Assembly: GCF_030028105.1 (NCBI RefSeq)
Contig: NC_092380.1
Location: 29,475,144-29,539,143 of the forward strand
Direction: 5' to 3'
Length of the DNA stretch: 64,000 bases
DNA from: Mobula birostris
Taxonomy: Eukaryota
A program made the position numbers and the translations under genes. A model generated the notes under the pieces. The model worked only from the letters and a program-made list of their open reading frames with translations. It made no database searches and was not told the origin of the DNA. Numbering within the stretch: the first letter of the stretch is position 1; each line of letters begins with the position of its first letter. Below are positions 12,951-24,857 of this stretch, piece after piece.

Positions 12951-15053
12951 TCATAGAGTCATAGAAAAGTACAGCACAGATACAGGCCCTTTGGCCTATC
13001 TAGTCCATGTTGAACCATTTAAACTGCCTACTCCCATCGACCTGCACTGTCACCATAGCCCTCCATACCCCTATATCCATTTACCTATCCAAATTTCTCT
13101 TAGATGTTGAAATCGAGCTCACATGCACCACTTGTGTAGGCAGCTCATTCCACTCTCTCAGAACCTCATGTTCCCCTTAAGCTTTTTACCTTTTACCCTT
13201 ACCGATGACCTCTGGTTGTAGTCCCATCTAACCTCAGTGGAAAAAGCCTGCTTGCATTTACCCTGCCTATATCCCTTATAATTTTGTATACCTCTATCAA
13301 ATCTCCTCTCAAACTTCTACAGTTCAATGAATAAAGTCCTAACTTATTTAATATTTCCTTGTAACTCAGGTCCTCCAGACCCAGTGACATCCTTGTAAAT
13401 TTTCTCTTTGCTCTTACAACCATAATTACATCTGTTCTGTAGGCAGGTGACCAAAACTGCACATTGTTGTAGCGTGGATGAAATCATTGGAGAGACAGAG
13501 TCACTGGTAGATACAAAGCAGCTTCTTTATTCGACACAGCAAGGTACAGCAGGCATCATACTGACAGAGACGCTTTCGGTAGAAAGGTCAGCTAGCCCAA
13601 TTTGGGCTCGATATTTATATGCTAAACACAGAAGACAATCGCTACTTAAAGTGATAGACAATGCATAGACAATGCTTCCTTTTGAAGCTACATACAAGAC
13701 ATCACACCTTCTGACTTCATCCTTTCCTTCCAACGCCAACATGTCTGGGTTGGTATCCACAGCCTTTAGTTAAATCCACAATACATTTATTTGGCATTTT
13801 ACGTGTTAACATAGAAGACAATTAATATTTATAAAGTATAGATAATACTATCTTCAAAACTACAGCATCTGGTTAAACTACGGCGCCAGAAGCATTTGGT
13901 TTTCACACATTGTTGTGAACTCAATCCACAGTACTTTGTCAAATAGAAGTCTGGTGGCCAAAGTCATTTAAGTGTAAGTGAATCATCTACCCAAAAAAAT
14001 TCACTCTAATACACACAATATTTCAATTAGGCCTCACCAACATTTTATACAACTTCAACATAACATCCCATCTCCTGTACTCAGTACTTTGATTTATGAA
14101 TGCCAATGTGCCTAAAGCTTTCTTTACAACCCTATCTACATGTGACACCACTTGCAATGAATTATGGACCTATATTCTCAGATCCTTTTGGTCTACTGCC
14201 CTACCATTCACTGTGTAAGACCTATTCTGGTTAGTCCTATCAAAGTGTAACACCTCACACTTGTCTGCATTAATTCCATCTGCTATTTTTAGCCCATTTT
14301 TCCACCTGGTTAGATCCTGCTGCAAGCCATGATACCATTCTTCACTGTCCACTACCTCCCCAATCTTGGTGTCATGCGCACATTTGATGATCTAATTAAC
14401 CACATTATGATCCAGATCATTTATGTAGATGACAAACGACAATGCACCCAGCACTGATCCCTGCAGCACTACATAGGCCTCCAGTCAGAGAGGCAACCAT
14501 CTAATGCCACTCTCTGGCTTCTCACACAAAGTTAATGTCTAATCTAATTCAGTACTTCATTTTGAATGCTGAGTGACTGAGCCTTCTTGACCAACCTCCC
14601 ATGCAGGTTCTTGTCAAATGCCTTGCCAAGGACCATGTAGGCAACATCTACTGGCTTGCCATCACCAACCTTCTTGGTAACTCCCTCGAAAAACTCTATA
14701 AGTTTGGTTAGACATGACTACAATGCACAAAGCCATGCTGATTATCCTTAAACAGTCCATGTCTGCCCAAATACTTATACCTAGTCCCTTAGAATGCCTT
14801 TCAATAACTATCTCACTATTGATGTCAGACTCGCCAGCCTACAATTTACTGGATCATTTTTAGAACCTTTCTTAAACATCGGAACAACATTGGCTATCCT
14901 CCAATCGTCTGACACCTCATCTGTCACTAAGGATGATTTAAGTGTATTTTCTAGGGACCCAGCAATTCTGAACTTTCTTCCCACAGGATCCACCCTGATT
15001 CCTTGTCAGGTCCTGGGGATTTATCCATATTAATTTGCCTTAACAAACACATC
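12951..15053 (-). mobile_element. Old CR1 (host of nested insertions; further pieces at 19129-19515 and 23544-23876)
   Basis: 3' tail at 12951; ORF remnants QFWSPAYRTD..LRGDLIEVYKII, KCEVLHF and DWRIANVVPMFKKG. Interrupted by a solo LTR. Confidence 0.75.
13465..14013 (-). mobile_element. Solo LTR (549 bp)
   Basis: TGTTGTAG...CTAATACA termini (TG..CA, imperfect inverted repeat), 5-bp TSD CACAT/CACAA, AATAAA on the minus strand near 13526. CR1 sequence resumes seamlessly on both sides. Confidence 0.75.
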
Positions 15054-18000
15054 GAGGAACAACTGCACAGGTGCATGGACGTCAGTGAGTTAGATTAGCA
15101 GGAAGAGTATAAAAGGAGACAGCTTTATTAAAGGTAGACAGAGTAGGAGGGCTTTGGCTCAATGGGACTTCGGCGATAATGGGTCAAGGTGAGGTAAGCT
15201 ACTTGTGCAGAATAGAAACAGGAAGTATGTCTCTGAGGCTGGTGTTCTGTGCTAGGTGTCAGGTGTGGAAAGTGTGGGAGACTCCCAGCCCCCCCAGAAG
15301 GCCACATCTGTGCCAGGTGTGTCGAGCTGCAGCTCCTTAGGGACCAGGTTAGGGAACTGGAGATGCAGCTCGATAACCTTCGGCTGTTCAGGGAAAGTGA
15401 GGAGGTAATAGAGAGGAGCTATAAGCAAGTAGTCACACCAGGGCCTCGGGAGACAGATAAGTGGGTAACAGTCAGGAGAGGGAAGGACAAGAGTCAGATG
15501 CTAGAGAGTACCCCTGTGGCTGTCGCTCTTAACAATAAGTACTCCTGTTTGAGTACTGTTGGTGGGGGACAGCCTACCTGAGGGAAGCAACAGTGGCCGC
15601 ACCTCTGGCACAGAGTCTGGCCCTGTGGCTCAGAAGGGTAAGGAAAGGAAGAGGAAGGCAGCAGTGATGGGAGACTCTATAGTTAGGGGATCAGACAGGT
15701 GATTCTGTGGACGCAGGAAGGAACTGGGATGGTAGTTTACCTCCCAGGTACTAGGGTCCGGGATATTTCTGATCACGTCCATGATATCCTGGGAAGGTGA
15801 ACAGCCAGAGGTCATGGTACATATTGGTACCAACGACATAGATAGGAAAAGGGAAGAGGTCCTGGAAACAGACTACAGGGAGTTTGGAAGGATGTTGAGA
15901 AGCAGGATCTCAAAAGTAGTAATCTCAGGGTTACTGCCTGTACCACGCGACAGTGAGTATAGGAATAGAGTGAGGTGGAGGACAAATGCATGGCTGAGGG
16001 ATTGTAGCATGAGGCAGGGATTCAGATTTCTGGATCATTAGGACCTCTTTTGGGGCAGACGTAACCTGTACAAAAAGAAGGGAGGTTTGCTAAGGCTATC
16101 GGGGAGAGTTTAAATTAGAATTGCAGGGGGGGTGGGAACCGAACTGAAGGACAGAGGATAGCTGTTGGCCCACAAATAGAGAAAGCTAGGAGATAGTGTG
16201 AGAGGGAGGATAGGCAGGTGATAGAGAAGGGATGTGCTCAGACCGATGGTTTGAGATGTGTCTACTTTAATGCAAGAAGTATCATGAACAAAGCAGATGA
16301 GCTTAGAGCATGGATCAGTACTTGGAGCTATGATGTTGTGGCCATTACAGAGACTTGGATGGCTCAGGGGCAGGAATGGGTACTGTACTTACATGTTTCA
16401 GAAAGCACAGGGAGGGAGGCAAAAGAGGTGGGGGCGTGGCACTGCTGATCAGAAATAGTGTCACGGCTGCAGAAAAAGGGGAAGTTATGGAGTTATTGTC
16501 TACTGAGTCTCTGTGGGTGGAAGTTAGAAACAGGAAGGGGTCAATAACTCTACTGGGTGCTTTTATAGACCACCCGATAGCAACAGGGACATCGAGGAGC
16601 AGATAGGGAGACGGATTCTGGAAAGTTGTAATAATAACAGGGTTGTTGTGGTGGGAGATTTTAATTTCCCAAATATTGATTGGCTTCTCCCTAGAGTGAG
16701 GGGTTGTCAGGTGTGTTCAGGAAGGTTTCCTGACACAATATGTAGATAAGCCTACAAGAGGAGAGGTTGTACTTGATCTGGTATTGGGAAATGAATCTGG
16801 TCAGGTGTCAGGTCTGTCAGCGGGAGAGCATTTTGGAGACAGTGATCACAATTTACCGTAGCATTGGAGAGGGATAGGAACAGACGAGTTAAGAAAGTGT
16901 TTATTTGGAGTAAGGGGAAATATGAAGCTATCAGGCAGGAATTTGGAAGCATAAATTGGGAACAGATGTTCTCAGGGAAATGTACAGCAGAAATGTGGCA
17001 AATGTTCAAAGGATAATTGCGTGGTCTGTATAAGTACATTTTAATGAGACGGAAAGGATGGTAGGATAGAGGAACCGTGGTGTACAAAGACTGTTGAAAA
17101 TGTAGCCAAGAAGAAAAGAAAAGCTTACAAAAGGTTCAAAAAAACTAGGTAATGATAGAGATCTAGAAGATTATAAGGCTAGCAGGAAGGAGTTTAAGAA
17201 TGAAATTAGGAGAGCCAGAAGGGACCATGAGAAGGCCTTGGCGAGCAGGATTACGGAAAACCCCAAGGCATTCCACAAGTATGTGAAGAGGAAGAGGATA
17301 AGACATGAGAGAATAGGACCAAGCAAGTGTGACAGTAGAAAATTGTGTATGGAACCGGAGGAGATAGCAGAGGTACTTTTTTTTTAGATTTTTTTTTAGA
17401 TCATGAGGACACGCAGTCCTCTTTTATTGTCATTTAGTAATGCATGTACTTAATGAATACTTTGCTTCAGTATTCACTACAGAAAAGAATCTTGGCAATT
17501 GTAGGGATGACTTACAGCAGATTGAAAAGCTTGACATTAAGAAAGAGGATGTGCTGGAAAGCATCGTTGGATAAGTCTCTGGGACTGGATGAGATGTACC
17601 CCAGGCTACTGTGGGAGGCGAGGGAGGAGATTGCTGAGCCTTTGGCAATAATCTTTGCATCATCAATGGGGATGGGAGAGGTTCCGGAGGATTGGAGGGT
17701 TGGAGATGTTGTTCACTTATTCATGAAAGGGAGTAGAGATAGCCCAGGAAATTATAGACCAATGGGTCTTTCTTCAGTGGTTGGTAAGTTGATGGAAAAG
17801 ATCCTGAGAGGCAGGATTTATGAACATTTGGAGAGGCATAATATGATTAGGAATAGTTAGCATGGCTTTGTCAAAGGCAGGTCGTGCCTTAAGAGCCTGA
17901 TTGAATTTTTTGAGGATGTGACTAAACACATTGATGAAGTTATAGCAGTAGATGCAGTGTATGTGGATTTCAGCAAGGCATTTGATAAGGTACCCCATGC

Positions 18001-19128
18001 CAGGCTTATTGAGAAAGTAAAGAGGTATGGAATCCAAGGGGACATTGCTTTGTTGATACAGAGCTGGTGTGCTCACAGCAGGCAAAGTGTGGTTGTAGAC
18101 AGGTCATATTCTGCATGGAGGTCGGTGACCAGTGGTGTGCCTGAGGGATCTGCTCTGGGACCCCTTCTCTTCATGATTTTTATAAATGACCTGAATGAGA
18201 AAGTGGAGGGATTGGTTAGTAAATTTGCTGATGACACAAAGGTTGGGGGTGTTGTGGATAGTGTGGAGGGCTGTCAGAGGTTACAGCGGAAAATTGATAG
18301 GATGCAAAACTGGGCTGAGAAGTGGCAGATGGAGTTCAAACCAGAAGTGTGAGGTGGTTCATTTTGGTAGGTCAAATATGATGGCAGAATATAGTATCAA
18401 TGACTCTTGGCAGTGTGGAGGATCAGAGAGATCTTGGGGTCCGAGTCCATAGGACACTCAAAGCTGCTGCGCAGGTTGACTCTGTGGTTTCAGAAAGCAT
18501 GCGGTGTATTGGCCTTCATCAATTGTGGGATTGAGTTTAAGAATCAAGTGTTAATGATTCAGCTATATGGGACCCTGGTCAGACCCCACTTGGTGTATTG
18601 CGTTCAGTTCTGGGCACCTCACTGCAGGAAGGATTGGAAACCATAGAAAGGGTGCAGAGGAGATCTACAAGGATGTTGCCTGGATTGGGGAGCATGCCTT
18701 TTGATAATAGGCTGAGTGAACTCGGTCTTTTCTCCTTGGAGCGACAGAGGAAGAGAGGTGACCTGATAGAGTTGTGTACGATGATGAGAGGGATTGATCA
18801 TGTGGATAGTCAGAGGCTTTTCCCCAGGGCTGAAATGGCTAACACAAGAGGGGACAGTTTTAAGGTGTTTGGAAGTAGGTACAGAGGAGATGTCAGGGAT
18901 AAGTTTTTTACTCAGCGAGTGGTGAGTGTGCGGAATGGGCTGCCGGCAACGGTGATGGAGGCAGATACGATAGGGTCTTTAAAGAGACTCCTGGATGGGT
19001 ACATAGAGCTTAGAAAAATAGGGGGTTAAGGTAATAGGTAATTTCTAAAGTAAATACGTGTTCGGCACAGCATTGTGGGCCGAAGGGCCTGTATTGTGCT
19101 GTAGGTTTTCTGTGTTTTCTATGTTTCT
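15054..19128 (+). mobile_element. Essentially full-length but decayed CR1 LINE (5' UTR, ORF1 zinc finger/coiled-coil/esterase, ORF2 APE-RT, 3' tail)
   Basis: HICARCVELQLLRDQVRELE, VHIGTND, YFNARSIMNK..AITETW, GNYRP, DFSKAFDKV, KFADDTK, FFTQRVV, tail tttctatgtttct; candidate TSD ACATC (15049-15053 / 19129-19133). Confidence 0.92.
17379..17445 (-). mobile_element. 67-bp 3'-terminal retrocopy of the 11.2-kb element family, inserted in CR1
   Basis: Reverse complement is catgcattactaaatgacaataaaagaggactgcgtgtcctcatgatct(a)n. TSD GTACTT at 17373-17378 and 17446-17451. The empty site is visible in the sister CR1 near 42745. Confidence 0.8.
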
Positions 19129-19515
19129 ACATCTTCCTCTGTAATCTGTATAGGGGCCATGATAGGATAATCTGTATTGCCTCACTTCTGTAGACTCTGT
19201 GTCCATCTCCTGAATAAATACAAATGCAAAACAATCATTTAAGATTTCCCCCAGCTCTCTGGCTCCACATATGGATTACCATTCTGATCTTCCACAGGAC
19301 CAGTTTTATCCCTTGCAATCCTTTTGTTCTTAACATATCTGTAGAATCCCTTCGGATTCTCCTACAGCTTGTCTGCTAGGACAACCTCATGCATTCTTTT
19401 AGCCTTCCTGATTTCTTTCCTGTGTTCTCATGCATGTCTTATATTCCATAAGCACCTCATTTTTCCTTACCTGCCTATTCTGCTATGCACCCCTTTTTTT
19501 CTGAACTAGGGCCTC

Positions 19516-22500
19516 TGGTGGTGGCATCCATTAGTCTCGCGAGACCATGGATCTGCGCCTGGAAAGTCTTGCTTCAGTCTGTGTTAGAGCAGCGTCTGTT
19601 GTGGCTGTAGAGGCCCACACGGGAGTGACTGTCTCGGCTGCAGCGACTGCACTTGAAGGCACTGTCCTCCAGTGTTGTCTTGGAGCTGTTTTCCTGATGA
19701 GTGCACTTTTCTTCAGTAGCAAGCCTGAGCTTCTCTTCTCTTTTTAGACCTCTGCGTACTTCCAGCCTCCAGTGAGAGCGATCGCTTGCGATGTCCTCCC
19801 ACCTCTCGACGTTCATTTTCAGTGACTTCATGCCTCTCTTGCAAACGTCTTTGAAACAAAGATGGGGCCCCCCTTGTGCTCCCTTGCCGGAGGCCAGTTC
19901 CCCGTACAGTAGGTCTTCCGGGATCCTCCCGTCTGACATGCGGTGTACGTGGCCCAGCCAGCGGAGACGGCGTTGTTGGAGCAGGGTGAAGAGGCTGGGT
20001 ATCTGGGTGCGGGCCCGGACCTCATTGCTGGTGACTCGGTCAGTCCACTTGATATCCAGGCAGTGTCTCCGGCTGCAAAGGTGGAAGGCATTGAGACGCT
20101 GCTCTTGTCTGTAGTAGAGGCTCCAGGTCTCGCTGCCGTAAAGTAGTGTGCTGAGGTCGCAGGCCCTGTAGACTGCAACTTTGGTGTGCGTCGTCAGCTT
20201 TCTGTTCCCCCAGACTCTCTTTGTCAGCCTGGCGAATATTGAGGCTGCTCGTCCAATCCGTCTGTTGATCTCGGTGTCTAGGGAGAGGCTGTCCATGATG
20301 GTGGAGCCAAGGTATGTAAACTAGTGAACTATCTCCAGCTCGTAGTTGTTGATGGTAATGGCGGGGGGTGCTCAATACCTTGGCCCAACACGTTGGTTTT
20401 CTTCAGGCTGATGGTCAAGCTGAAGTCCTGGCAGGCTCTTGAGAAGCTGTCCATGAGGCGTTGCAGTTGCTCTTCAGAGTGTGTTGCCAGTGCCACGTCA
20501 TCTGCAAACAACATGTCCCTGATGAGTACTTCACAAACCTTGGTTTTTGCCCTCAGCCGGCACAGACTGAGCAGCCTCCCGTCCAGTCTGGTGTGGAGGT
20601 AGACACCATCAGTTGACGTTCCAAAGACGTGCTTCAGCATGACTGCGAAGAAGATGCCAAACAGGGTGGGGGCAAGCACACAGCCCTGCCTCACACCGCT
20701 GCGGATGTTGAAGGCCTCCGAAGAAGAGCCGTCAAACTGAACGACACCCTTCATGTCTGTGTGGAATGACCGAACTATCCTGAGGAGCCTCAGGGGGACA
20801 ACCAATCCTGCCGAGGATTTTGAACGGGCTGTCTCTGCTCACAAGGTCAAAGGCCTTCGTGAGGTCAATGAAAGCGATGTAGAGTGGTTGTCTTTGCTCT
20901 CTGCATTTCTCTTGTAGCTGTCGAAGGGAGAAGATCATGTCGATTGTGGAGCGTTCTGACCTGAAACCACACTGAGACTCGGCATATACCCTTTCGGCTA
21001 TTTTCTGCAGTCTGTTGAGGACCACACGGGTGAAGACCTTCCCAACAATGCTCAGCAAGGAGAATCCCCTGTAGCTGTTACAGTCACTTCCGTCCCATTT
21101 GTTCTTATATAGGGTGACAATGTTGCAGTCTCTCATGTCTTGCGGCACTGCTCCCTCTATCCAGCACTGGCACAGAAGTTCATGCAGGTGGTTTAGCAGG
21201 ACGCCCTTTGCACATTTGATGGCCTCTGGTGAAATGCCATCCAATCCTGGTGCCTTCCCAATGGGCAGGCTGTCGATGGCTTTACTCAGCTCTTCGGCAG
21301 TCGGCAATGCATCAAGTTCCTCCATGACAGGCAGGCATTCTATGGCGTCTAGCGCGCTGTCCGAGAGGCTGTTTTCTCTGGAGAAGAGTTCAGAGTAATG
21401 CTCCACCCATCTCTCCATCTGCTTGCCTTTGTCATTGATGGTCTCGCCTGTTATGGTTTTCAATGGTGCTGTCTTGCTCTGGGCTGGCCCGATGGCTTTC
21501 TTGATCCCCTCGTACACTCCACGGATGTTGCCTGTGTCAAATGATGACTGAATGCATTTGCATAGTTGTAGCCAGTCGTCATTTGCACAGCGTCTGGCTG
21601 TTTCCTGGGCCTTGCTTCTTGCTGTCCTTAGCGATTGTAGTGTTGCCTGGGTGGGGTGCCGTTTGTGTTCTAGTAGTGCAACACACTTCACCTCGATGAC
21701 AGCGGTGAGCTTACTTGAGCTCACTTCAAACCAGTCCTGTGTCTTGCCCCGTTTCTTCCCGAAGGCCTTGAGTGCAGTGCTGTGCATAGTGTCCCTGAGA
21801 GAGTCCCATCTCTGCTGAGCATCTCCTTCTGGTGGCTCTGCAAGGAGAGCATCCTCCAGTGACTTGATGAACTCTGCAGCTTTGTCTGGGTGTTGTGTCT
21901 CACCGGCATCGATGTGCTGCTTGGCGCACTGCATCTTCTTCGGCCGAAATCTGAACTTGCAGCAAACCAGAGAGTGATCCGTGTTGCAGTCCGCACTCTG
22001 AAAGGAGCGAGTCATGAGCACGTGTCTCAGGTGACGGCGTCTTGTGATTATCAGGTCTAGTTGGTGCCAGTGTTTGGAACAGGGATGCTGCCAAGACACT
22101 TTCTGCTGAGCTTTGGTCTGGAAGTAGGTGTTGGTGACACACAATTCGTGGAGCAGACAAAGCTCGAGCAGTCGTTGCCCGTTGTCATTCATGCTGCCAA
22201 TCCCATACCCCCCCAGGCAGCTTGGCCAGGAGTCGTGGTCGGCGCCCACTCTGGCGTTGAAGTAGCAGCAACTGTTCCTGACTTGGGATCTCCTGTATCA
22301 TCATTGAGAGCTGGTCGTAGAACTTGTTCTTTGTGTCTTGTGTAGAGTAGAGGGTTGGGGCATAGACGCTGACAAGGTTGACAGGCCCGTCGGATGTGTG
22401 GAGTCAAAGTGAGAAAATCTGCTCTGTCCCTTTCTCGCTAGGCTCACCATCTTCAGCAGCGAGTTCTTCACGGCAAAGCCGACACCATGCTCCCTGGTCT

Positions 22501-23543
22501 CGTCTGAGCCCTTCCCCTGCCAGAAGAAGGTATGGTCTCTTTCACGTGGGTTCCCGATTCTGTGAGACGTATCCCTTGGAGTGTTGCAATGTCCACTTGG
22601 AGTCTCGACAGTTCATTGTTAATCACTGCTGTCTTGCGTGTGTCGCTGATCTCCCGAAGGTTATCTGATAAACCAGTTGTCATGGTCTGTGTATTCCAGC
22701 ATCCTAGTCTGAGTGCTGGCTTCTTTCTTTGTCTTCTAGTTGTGCTTGGTGCAGCGTTTACAGTCTGCAGTTTGGGCTACCTGTATCCCTAAGCCCCACG
22801 CACCCAGTGGAGCGGGCGGGCTGTGACGGGGCAGCACCGAATTGTCTGGGGGCTGCCCAGCTTGAGGCGGGGGGGTAGCTGTCCTGTGAGACACGATGGT
22901 CTCTCCCTCCGTCGAAAGCAACCCCTGGCGCCTTGCTCTACGCCAATCGAGCACAGGCTCATAACCGGTGACTGCTGCTTTCCGTGTTGTGCCGACGCGG
23001 TGAGGCGACGCTGGAGTGTCCTCTCCAGGGCGCAGGCCTGGGCAAGGTTGTATAGAAGACCGGCAGTTGCCCATGCTGCAAGTCTCCCCTCTCCACGACA
23101 CCGATGTTGTCCAAGGGAAGGGCAAGGGCCGATACAGCTTGGCACCGGTGTCGTCACAGGAGTTGCCAGGATGAGGTTGAAGGCAACATCGGACTGCCTT
23201 AGGGACTCCGGCTCCGGATTTGTCCTCAGGGTTTACTCCCAAAGCCTTTCCCATGAGTGTGTATGGCCGCAAGGCAGCGGAGGTTTGTAATCAGAGTTTT
23301 CCCTCTCTTATTTGGACTGCCTTCCCAGGCTGACGAGCTCCATCTACCTGAAGCACTGGTTTTAAGGTGCCAGGACCCGCCTTCGCCCCTTCTCCTGTCA
23401 GTAGAAACAGTTCCGCCGGGCTTAGAGGCTAAGCCTCACGAGAAGGCCAGGAGTTGGACTTGGTTGTCAGAGGCTATATGAGGCGCATGCCGTGAGGAGC
23501 ACTTTTAGGTAGTGGGAGCTTGTCCCCACTACCACTCCTCGGC
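19516..23543 (-). mobile_element. Apparently full-length RTE-clade LINE, single APE-RT ORF broken by several frameshifts
   Basis: KTAVINNELSRL.VDIA.LQ, NGQRLLELC, HWHQLDLII, TDHSLV, ESQCGFR..RSTIDMIFSLRQLQEKCREQ..FIDLTKAFD, GVRQGCVLAPTLF, LFADD, LRWLGHVHRM and a C-terminal C2H2 finger (CSRCSR..LYSHNRRC). Long structured 5' UTR; 3' gtctcgcgagac palindrome and (CCA)n tail. Confidence 0.92.
23392..23543 (-). ncRNA. Candidate HDV-like self-cleaving ribozyme at the RTE 5' end
   Basis: P1 GCCGaG/CCCGGC, P2 CUCCUG/CAGGAG, P3 GCC/GGC closing loop UUCUCGUGA, GG after P1', J4/2 CUGA. The predicted G1 coincides with the element boundary. Confidence 0.5.
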
Positions 23544-23964
23544 TTGATAGGCACATGCAAGTTTTGTACTTTCAAAATTTCATTTTTGAAGGCCTCCCAA
23601 TTCTCTCACTTACCAAGTACACCTTTGCCAGACAACAGCCTGTCCCAGTCCACACTTGCCAGATCAATTCTGGTACCATGAAAGTTGGTCTTTATCCAAT
23701 TTATCATCTCAACACATGGGCCAAGCCTATCCTTTTCCATATTTACTTTGAAACTAATGGAATTATGATCACTAGGTATGTAGTGTTCCCCTACACAAAC
23801 TTGTGTCACTTGCCCTGTCTCATTCCCTAATAGTAGATAAAGTATTGCACGTTCTCTCATTAGGACTTCTACATACTAGTACAGGAGTTGGGAGATTGTT
23901 GCCGTTGTACACCGTGCTGGTGAGGGTGCACCAAGAGTATTGATGAGGATTAATAATGAGTCCT

Positions 23965-24655
23965 AGCCGGCTGGAGGTATGGTGGCATCAGCGTCAAGTT
24001 CAGAGCGAAGGCTCCCGAGCCAGCTCCCCCGGCACGCTTTCCATCCGCGCTAGGTTAAGCGTCGAGTTCAGAGCGAAGGCTCCCGAGCCAGCTCCCCTGG
24101 CACGCTTTCCATCCGCGCTAGGTTAAGCGTCGAGTTCAGAGCGAAGGCTCCCGAGCCAGCTCCCCTGGCACGCTTTCCATCCGCGCTAGGTTAAGCGTCG
24201 AGTTCAGAGCGAAGGCTCCCGAGCCAGCTCCCCTGGCACGCTTTCCATCCGCGCTAGGTTAAGCGTCGAGTTCAGAGCGAAGGCTCCCGAGCCAGCTCCC
24301 CGGCACGCTTTCCATCCGCGCTAGGTTAAGCGTCGAGTTCAGAGCGAAGGCTCCCGAGCCAGCTCCCCTGGCACGCTTTCCATCCGCGCTAGGTTAAGCG
24401 TCGAGTTCAGAGCGAAGGCACCCGAGCCAGCTCCCCCGGCACGCTTTCCATCCGCGCTAGGTTAAGCGTCGAGTTCAGAGCGAAGGCTCCCGAGCCAGCT
24501 CCCCGGCACGCTTTCCATCCGCGCTAGGTTAAGCGTCGAGCTAGCAACTCGACCTCATAAAAAAGAAATTGCCTGCTACAGAAACATCAACAGGAAAAAG
24601 TTGATAGCCTATGCTCTCTCGTGAGTTTAAAGGCAATTTCTCTCTTCTTTCTCTC
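23965..24655 (+). mobile_element. tRNA-derived SINE whose interior has expanded into a minisatellite
   Basis: A-box-like head (ggtatggtggcatcagcg), A-rich middle, CT-rich tail; 12-bp TSD ATAATGAGYCCT at 23953-23964 and 24656-24667. Confidence 0.6.
23991..24540 (+). repeat. Tandem repeat: 8 full copies of a 67-68 bp CpG-rich unit plus 8 bp
   Basis: Unit gcgtcgagttcagagcgaaggctcccgagccagctcccc(t)ggcacgctttccatccgcgctaggttaa starts at 23991, 24059, 24127, 24195, 24263, 24330, 24398, 24466, with a partial copy at 24533. Confidence 0.97.
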
Positions 24656-24857
24656 ATAATGAGCCCTGATGGAGGGTTTCAACGCAAAAAGTCAGCTGTT
24701 TATTTCTCTCCATAGACGCTGCCTGACCTACTGAGTTTCTCCAGCATTTTCAATGTGTTACTCTGAATTTCCAGCATAGGCAGAATCTCGTGTCCAAGAT
24801 TATTCTGTGCAGTCACCGTATCATAGGAAGATTTAAGAGAATGTTCCTTGGACCAGG

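Noticed and set aside
22736-23290. Overlapping 120-180 aa ORFs in the RTE 5' UTR as an ORF1
   Set aside because: GC-rich, stop-poor sequence with no recognisable domains; RTE elements normally have a single main ORF.
23991-24540. CRISPR-like array
   Set aside because: Units are head-to-tail with no unique spacers, there are no cas genes, and the context is eukaryotic.
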